Part shown: one piece after another, positions 58,724 through 64,000 of the stretch
Position numbering within the stretch: the stretch's first letter is position 1
How the letters are laid out: the number at the start of each line of letters is the position of its first letter
Source of the DNA: an uncultured Dehalococcoidales bacterium
GTDB taxonomy: Bacteria; Chloroflexota; Dehalococcoidia; Dehalococcoidales; UBA3254
Length of the DNA: 64,000 nucleotides
NCBI GenBank assembly: GCA_964386535.1
Contig: CAYLRY010000009.1
Coordinates: 328 to 64,327, forward strand
Reading direction: 5' to 3'
The notes under the pieces: model-generated
What the model was told of the DNA's origin: nothing
Seen by the model: the letters and a program-made list of their open reading frames with translations, nothing else
Database searches by the model: none
Translations under genes and position numbers: made by a program

Positions 58724-59611
58724 ATGGCAGACAACAAATACGCCTATTGCATGAAACATCTGAATTTCCAGGATCATTGGCCGTTTCCCTGCCGGCAGGA
58801 GGTATCCTTAACCTCGAAAGATATAGGCATTGATATTAACGTGGAAATCAGAAATTACTGTACTACAGGTAATCTGGGTAAGCCCCCCTTCGAAGCAGAA
58901 GTCCATGATTACGACGAAGTAATAGTACTGGTGGGAAGCGATACCGGCTGTTTAAGTGATCTGGGAGCTCAGGTGGAGTTTTGTTTGGGTGAGGAAAAAG
59001 AGCGTCATATGATCGCCAGCGCCTCTATTATTTTCTTGCCCAGGGGCGTCCCTCATTTCCCAGCTAAAATAATTTACATGAACCGGCCTTTTATCTCATT
59101 GAAAGTGGCTATTGCCAAGGAACTGCATTCGACAACTGTCCTCCAGAATATTAATCCTGGACCGGTTGCAGGTTGGGGCGGAAAATACCGGAAACTTGTT
59201 TCACATCTGGAATTCGCCCGCAAAGCAGCATGGCATTACGGGCCGGCTAATCCTGATGACTCAGGCGGGTCAATTGCTACAGTAAACGGCAAAGAGTTCG
59301 GTTTTACTTTGATGGTAGAAAGTATTTGCAGAGCTCCATACCGTTTCGGACCTATCCCTGATAAGCCGCATGATCATCCCTATAATGAGTTTGCCATTGC
59401 CCTGGGGGCAGATATGAACGACATGAACTACCTGGGCGCCCGAATAGAGACCGGTATGGGACAGGAGATGGAGAGGCACGTTCTCACCAGACCCTGCCTG
59501 ATCTTGCTCCCCATGCGTCTTCCTCACGGTCCTCTGGCCATTACACAACTTGAAAAGCCTTTTATCTTTTTCATTGTCAAACCCTATGGCCAGGGAGCTG
59601 AAGGGCAATAA
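58724..59611 (+). CDS. Bicupin-like hypothetical protein
   Basis: 295 aa in two homologous halves. The N-half has VHDYDEVIVLVG ... FLPRGVPHFP. The C-half has HDHPYNEFAIALG ... LLPMRLPHGP, a complete HxHxxxE...H cupin metal motif. Confidence 0.6.
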   Translation: MADNKYAYCMKHLNFQDHWPFPCRQEVSLTSKDIGIDINVEIRNYCTTGNLGKPPFEAEVHDYDEVIVLVGSDTGCLSDLGAQVEFCLGEEKERHMIASASIIFLPRGVPHFPAKIIYMNRPFISLKVAIAKELHSTTVLQNINPGPVAGWGGKYRKLVSHLEFARKAAWHYGPANPDDSGGSIATVNGKEFGFTLMVESICRAPYRFGPIPDKPHDHPYNEFAIALGADMNDMNYLGARIETGMGQEMERHVLTRPCLILLPMRLPHGPLAITQLEKPFIFFIVKPYGQGAEGQ

Positions 59612-59825
59612 TAAGGTGGCAGCAATTTCTTGTTTTTATAATATTATAGCGGATATTATGTAAAGATTATTAGGTTCAGCTTTTTGGTTAATAAATTATG
59701 ACTATACTGCAAAAAGGGAGTATTTGAACGTTTTGTTCAAAAATTTAGCTTCGATAATTTGCTAAAAATACCGTAATAAGACCTTTTTGCACTGGAGCTA
59801 ATTATATAAATTAAGGAGGTTCCTC

Positions 59826-60530
59826 ATGCTTGAAAGTCCCATTTATGCCCTGGCCATTTCACCCCATCCGTTTGATAACGATTGGGGCATGGCAGGCACC
59901 GTAGCCCGCTGGATACTGGAAGGCAAAGAGGTTGTCTATGTAATCTGTACTAACGGCGATAAAGCCAGCAGCAACCCTGCCTGGAAAGCAGAAGACCTGG
60001 CCCGCACCCGTGAACAGGAGCAACTGGCTGCTGCTCAAGTCCTGGGAGTTAAAGAAGTGATCTTTTTACGTCATCCTGACCTGGGATTGGAATATACCCC
60101 TGAATTCAGGAAAGAATTGTTAAGACTTATTTTGAAATACCGTCCGGAAATTGTCACCACCTGCGACCCGTTTTTTATGCCGTATATGTCCAGCCCCGAT
60201 CACCGCGTCGCCGGAAGAGCAGTACTGGATGCCGTTTGGCCTTTTGCCCTGGCTCCCAATACCTACCGGGACCTGATGGAAGAGGGTTTGAGCCTCCATA
60301 GAGTTAGACAGGTTTTGCTCTGGGCTACCGGACAGACCAATTGCAGCTATGATATAACTGCTACTTTTGAGGCCAAATTGAAAGCCGTTCGCTGTCATCA
60401 GACCCAGGTTAGCGTGCTGCCTCTGGGATGGTATCAGCGGCTGGTGGAACGGCATAAGGCTGCGGCCAAGGGGACAAGCTATGAGCTGGCTGAAGCTTTT
60501 CAGCGTATAGAAGTGCTCCAGCGTTTATAG
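59826..60530 (+). CDS. PIG-L/LmbE family deacetylase-like protein, paralog 1
   Basis: 234 aa. AISPHPFDNDWGMAGT (variant of the HPDD motif), RHPDLGL, SSPDHRVAG. AAGGAGG SD. Confidence 0.85.
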   Translation: MLESPIYALAISPHPFDNDWGMAGTVARWILEGKEVVYVICTNGDKASSNPAWKAEDLARTREQEQLAAAQVLGVKEVIFLRHPDLGLEYTPEFRKELLRLILKYRPEIVTTCDPFFMPYMSSPDHRVAGRAVLDAVWPFALAPNTYRDLMEEGLSLHRVRQVLLWATGQTNCSYDITATFEAKLKAVRCHQTQVSVLPLGWYQRLVERHKAAAKGTSYELAEAFQRIEVLQRL

Positions 60531-60700
60531 TCTTTTTAGAGCCGCTAAATAAACAAAAAGAAAACACCAAACGATATTAAAAATAGGAAGGTTTATCCAT
60601 TTATCGTTGGTAAAGCAGCACAGCATTTCCGTCTTTTAATTTTTGACCCTAGATTTTAATTTATATCCATTTTCGTTTATGCGAAATAAGGAGGACAATT

Positions 60701-61414
60701 TTGAAGAACAACTCGATCTATTGTCTGGCTATCTCACCCCATCCATTTGATAATGAAATAGGCATTGCCGGAACCGTGGCCCGCTGGACTCATGAAGGCA
60801 AAGAAGTAGTCTATGTTATTTGTACAGATGGCGAAAAAGGGGTGGCCAACCCCAAATGGTTGCCTGAAGAACTGGGTAAAGTCCGGGTCCAGGAACAGGC
60901 GGAAGCCGCTAAAATCCTGGGAGTTAAAGAAACCATTTTCCTACATCACCCTGACCTGGATGTAGAGTATACTCCGGAATTCCGCAAAGAACTTTTAAAA
61001 ATAGTGCTGGAATACAGGCCTGAAATCGTCTCTGTTTGCGACCCGTTTTTTCGCCTTAAAGGTTATATCTCTAACCCTGATCACCGTGCCACCGGCCAGG
61101 CAGTACTGGATACCATCTGGCCTTATGCTTTAACGCCGAACACCTTCCGCGACCTCTATGATGCGGGATACCGGCCTCATAACGTTAAAGAAGTCCTGCT
61201 TTGGGGTGGAGATCAACCTAATACAACTTATGATATCAGCGATACCTATGATCTTAAAGTAAAGGCTTTTTGTTGCAATAAAAGCCAGGCTGGCGATCCA
61301 CCCCGTCAACAGTTTATTGACCGGATGCTGGATCGTGCCGTTCAATCAGCTAAAGGTCATAATTTCAAACTTGGGGAACCTTTTTTCCGACTGGAGGCGC
61401 TGCAAAGTCTGTAA
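60701..61414 (+). CDS. PIG-L/LmbE family deacetylase-like protein, paralog 2
   Basis: 237 aa, TTG start after AAGGAGG. AISPHPFDNEIGIAGT, HHPDLDV, SNPDHRATG. Collinear with paralog 1 along its full length. Confidence 0.85.
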   Translation: MKNNSIYCLAISPHPFDNEIGIAGTVARWTHEGKEVVYVICTDGEKGVANPKWLPEELGKVRVQEQAEAAKILGVKETIFLHHPDLDVEYTPEFRKELLKIVLEYRPEIVSVCDPFFRLKGYISNPDHRATGQAVLDTIWPYALTPNTFRDLYDAGYRPHNVKEVLLWGGDQPNTTYDISDTYDLKVKAFCCNKSQAGDPPRQQFIDRMLDRAVQSAKGHNFKLGEPFFRLEALQSL

Positions 61415-61576
61415 TTTTCCTGGTTAAACTCCAGTACTGCTTGTAACCGGTCCCCTGAAGGATTAAAATACCATGACTGAATTGGATTTTTAAGGTTTTT
61501 AGTTGCTGGTAATTGGTTTCTGGTTTTATCTCCCGTTTTGCGTAAAAACCCCCGTATTATTAGAAGGAGGAAATAG

Positions 61577-62092
61577 ATGGAATTTACACATGAAAACGTC
61601 AGCAAATGGTTTGACAACTATTTTGCCAGCTTTAACCGAAATGCTGGGCCATTGGAAACAGTACCTGAGATGATGAAGTTCTTTACACCTGACATGGAGT
61701 TTTGGCCTTATAATATGCCTGCCGGCAGTGTCCCGCGGCCGTCATCCCGCGACCAACTTCTGATGACAATGGTGCATCCCGGCCTGCATGAGCACCTGGA
61801 ACCTCGTGAATACATTGTCGATCCAAAACGCCTGGTCGTTGTTGTACAGTTTCAACTCTCATTTACGGATGAGATTTCCGGGACCAAATGGCCCCCAAGG
61901 CAGGCCAGTGCTCATTATTATCTGGAGCCTGATGAGAATACCGGTTTCAAGATCAAGAAAATCCAGTATTTTACAGAAGCCTCTGTTCCGGAAACCACCT
62001 CACCAACTATGCGAGAGCTATGGAAAAAATACAAGGACAAAGCGCTGGAGGAACTGGCCGTTAACTGGATTAAGTCTCCACACAAAACCTGA
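61577..62092 (+). CDS. Hypothetical protein, possibly NTF2/SnoaL-like
   Basis: 171 aa with a strong GAAGGAGG SD. The N-terminal pattern (NVSKWFDNYFASFNRN...FFTPDMEFW) is reminiscent of NTF2-like folds. This is a weak assignment. Confidence 0.4.
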   Translation: MEFTHENVSKWFDNYFASFNRNAGPLETVPEMMKFFTPDMEFWPYNMPAGSVPRPSSRDQLLMTMVHPGLHEHLEPREYIVDPKRLVVVVQFQLSFTDEISGTKWPPRQASAHYYLEPDENTGFKIKKIQYFTEASVPETTSPTMRELWKKYKDKALEELAVNWIKSPHKT

Positions 62093-62153
62093 ACGAAAGA
62101 AAAGTTAAATAGCGTTGTCTTCAATGACCCTGAAAAACTTTTTTTAATAATCG

Positions 62154-62272
62154 GGCCGCACCTTGAGAAAGATAAGAGGGATCCAAAAAGGTGAACTTAC
62201 AATCAGCAGCCGTTTTCTTATTCCCTGGTGGTGATTACAAACCAGAGTGAAAACTACTCAAGAGGTGCGGCC
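62154..62272. repeat. Long-range inverted repeat enclosing about 90 nt in a convergent intergenic gap
   Basis: GGCCGCACCTTGAG (62154-62167) pairs with CTCAAGAGGTGCGGCC (62257-62272), giving 9 + 5 bp with a 2-nt bulge. An internal CTGGT...ACCAG hairpin is present. Confidence 0.4.
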
Positions 62273-62359
62273 TTGTGGCCACTTTCTGCTATAGATACTT
62301 CTGAAAAAAATTAATAAAAAATTTAAAGGCGTTAAAGAGAGCCAGCAATCATATCATCT

Positions 62360-63184
62360 TTAAGTCTCTTTATCTATATTTTCGAAAAATTCTTTCATGC
62401 CAGTGGTATTGACGTCTACCACTGATGCCCCGCCATCTGCCATCAGGATATTTCCGTTGACTAATGACGAATCCTCGCTGGCCAAAAAGCTACAAATAGC
62501 GGCTATCTCATCCGGTCGGCCGATACGCCTGAGAGGTGAATTAGATGACATCCTGGTTAAGAGCCAATCAACATCTTTGCCTAACTTCTGCGCCAGTGGC
62601 AGAACATGGCTTTCCAGCATGGGCGTTTTGACCCCTCCCGGGCAAATGACGTTACAGCGTATATTTGATGGACCGTACTGTACTGCTATCTGCTGAGTAA
62701 GCGCTATTAGACCACCTTTTGCCGTTGAATATTCGGTTTTACCCGGTGGAAAACGTATACCAGCCAGTGACGCGATGTTGATTATGGAACCTCCTCCCGC
62801 TTTGAGCATATAGGGTAAAACGGTTTTCATAGTTAAAAAAGGTCCGGTCAGATCCACTTCGATAATCCTGTGCCAAAGATCAAGGTCAAGGTTTTCCCCA
62901 GCAGCGGGTGGGTCTATGGCAGCGCTATTCACCAGAATGTCTACTTTACCTCCAAAAGACACTGCAGTTTCCACCATACGTTTGACATCTTCCAACCTGG
63001 TCACATCCCCGGTACAGGAAATTGTAGATTCTTTTGAGAGCGAACTGGCTGTATATTCCAACAACTGTTGATTTACATCAGTAAGACAAACTCTGGCTCC
63101 ATCAGATACAAAGCGTCTGGCTGTAGCCGCGCCTATCCCGCTGGCTGCACCGGTGACCAGTGCTATTTTGCCGCTTAACTTCAT
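62360..63184 (-). CDS. SDR family oxidoreductase (FabG-like)
   Basis: 274 aa. TGAASGIGAA cofactor motif and YSTAKGG (YxxxK) catalytic motif. GGAGG SD. Confidence 0.9.
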   Translation of the reverse strand: MKLSGKIALVTGAASGIGAATARRFVSDGARVCLTDVNQQLLEYTASSLSKESTISCTGDVTRLEDVKRMVETAVSFGGKVDILVNSAAIDPPAAGENLDLDLWHRIIEVDLTGPFLTMKTVLPYMLKAGGGSIINIASLAGIRFPPGKTEYSTAKGGLIALTQQIAVQYGPSNIRCNVICPGGVKTPMLESHVLPLAQKLGKDVDWLLTRMSSNSPLRRIGRPDEIAAICSFLASEDSSLVNGNILMADGGASVVDVNTTGMKEFFENIDKET

Positions 63185-63344
63185 GCTCTACCTCCAGCAA
63201 TTTTAACCAGCAGAGCCTGCTAACTCGCTTTGTTATTAAATCCTGGTCAGGTTTCAATTACGGTTAAATACCCGAAGTACCGGTTTCTGCCTGTGCTAAT
63301 AAATTCCAGCCCGCCCGCGAGTGAGTCAGGATGCTTCGCCGAGC

Positions 63345-64000
63345 CTAAAGGGTGAAGGGAGGTTCGCTGGCCACATCCTTAAGCAATTTTGCTGCTGATT
63401 CCTCGCAGTCAGGGGACCCGTGATAAGCCAGGTAGATGCCACCTTCAGCCCCGCAAATGCCACCTGCAGCTATCAACTCTGCTTGTACACCGGTTAACAG
63501 GGACAAGGCTTCAATCTCGGTAAATACATCCCCTGGGACCGGCATTAAACGGTAGCCGCTGGCACTGGGAGCATTGACTTTATTAGCCAGGTCATCCAAG
63601 TCTCCAGAAATACGCTTTTCCAGTCCCACCGGTATTATCATTTTCACACGGTGCCCGATTACTGCCTGAAGGCTCGGTATAATGGTGCCACCTGTGTTCA
63701 TTCCTATTAAAATGGCGGCGCGCCTGTGTGTCAAATCCAGGGCATTGGCCCCTTTTAAAATAATGTCGCCTTCTTTTAAATCACCTGATATGTCATTAAT
63801 GGTTTTACCTTTCAGCCATGTACCTTTTTGTAAAACCACATCGCCCGGAAACGCACTTTCATCCGGTAAACGTCCCTGGTCATTGACTTTATAGCCGGGT
63901 GGCAGTGTAACGCCTCGAAAAAAACGCCGGCGGTTCAATATTTGCTTGTCACCAGTCATTGTTAAGATTTCATCCGCTACATAGCCGTTGGTAGTCCCGG
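63345..64000 (-). CDS. Conserved hypothetical protein, 5'-partial (frame open to the window end)
   Basis: The track gives 63345..63959. The same frame continues without a stop to nt 64000 (...GTTNGYVADEILTMTGDK...). No family recognised. Confidence 0.5.
   Translation of the reverse strand, partial: GTTNGYVADEILTMTGDKQILNRRRFFRGVTLPPGYKVNDQGRLPDESAFPGDVVLQKGTWLKGKTINDISGDLKEGDIILKGANALDLTHRRAAILIGMNTGGTIIPSLQAVIGHRVKMIIPVGLEKRISGDLDDLANKVNAPSASGYRLMPVPGDVFTEIEALSLLTGVQAELIAAGGICGAEGGIYLAYHGSPDCEESAAKLLKDVASEPPFTL

Noticed and set aside
61788-62108. 106-codon alternative-frame ORF overlapping the NTF2-like gene.
   Set aside because: It lies in the same region as a better ORF that has a strong GAAGGAGG SD. 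The alternative frame has no SD and a basic, low-complexity composition.
62154-62290. Possible riboswitch: UGAGA and GGTGAA-like strings on the plus strand, and GCCACT after the stem.
   Set aside because: The ordered core motifs of TPP, cobalamin, yybP-ykoY and other riboswitches that I know are not present. The element also lies downstream of both flanking genes, so there is nothing for it to regulate in cis.
1-64000. Searched by eye for tRNA/rRNA/tmRNA/RNase P/SRP signatures (T-loop GGTTCGAATCC-like strings, GAGGAAAGTCC, GGAAGCAGCC), for CRISPR-like regularly spaced repeats, and for transposase, integrase or phage genes.
   Set aside because: I found none. The only repeats are the palindromic intergenic elements and the paralogous gene pairs reported above. 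A covariance-model scan would be needed to exclude small RNAs rigorously.

Overview
This 64-kb window is mostly a core-genome segment. By inference it comes from a Chloroflexota/Dehalococcoidia-like bacterium. The clues are a bacterial Elp3 very like the Dehalococcoides type, an 11-gene nuo operon without nuoEFG, stand-alone rpoBC, and about 47% GC by eye. No search was run.

Gene content, left to right:
- 5'-partial secreted HExxH protease-like gene
- PAC2-family gene
- Opp/Dpp-type ABC operon (two permeases, an FAD-dependent oxidoreductase, a binding protein, no ATPases)
- nuoABCDHIJK, a small ORF, then nuoLMN and yajC
- argF, then der-plsY-gpsA
- hrcA-grpE-dnaK with a CIRCE operator, and a separately promoted dnaJ
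- MBL-fold hydrolase, rpoB-rpoC, ruvB, rimI-like GNAT
- a Trm9-like methyltransferase divergent from elp3
- zincin, S41 protease, rsmE, a MetE catalytic-domain-only homolog, an MFS transporter
- a STAS / TPP-enzyme / RsbW-like kinase operon convergent on a sensor PP2C phosphatase plus binding protein
- an IclR-linked accessory cluster (Fe-S protein, orphan binding protein, bicupin, two PIG-L paralogs, NTF2-like gene, SDR, and a partial unknown gene)

I found no rRNA, tRNA, CRISPR array, transposase or integrase.

The most interesting items:
1. A sigma-less partner-switching module with a thiamine-pyrophosphate enzyme translationally coupled inside it.
2. The elp3 / Trm9-like divergent pair. 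The methyltransferase frame has no canonical start codon.
3. A family of roughly 100-nt imperfect-palindromic intergenic repeats, with three copies plus fragments.
4. The IclR-linked cluster, which has atypical PIG-L active-site motifs.
5. An interruption of the nuo operon between nuoK and nuoL.

All family assignments come from motifs read by eye. No database search was run.
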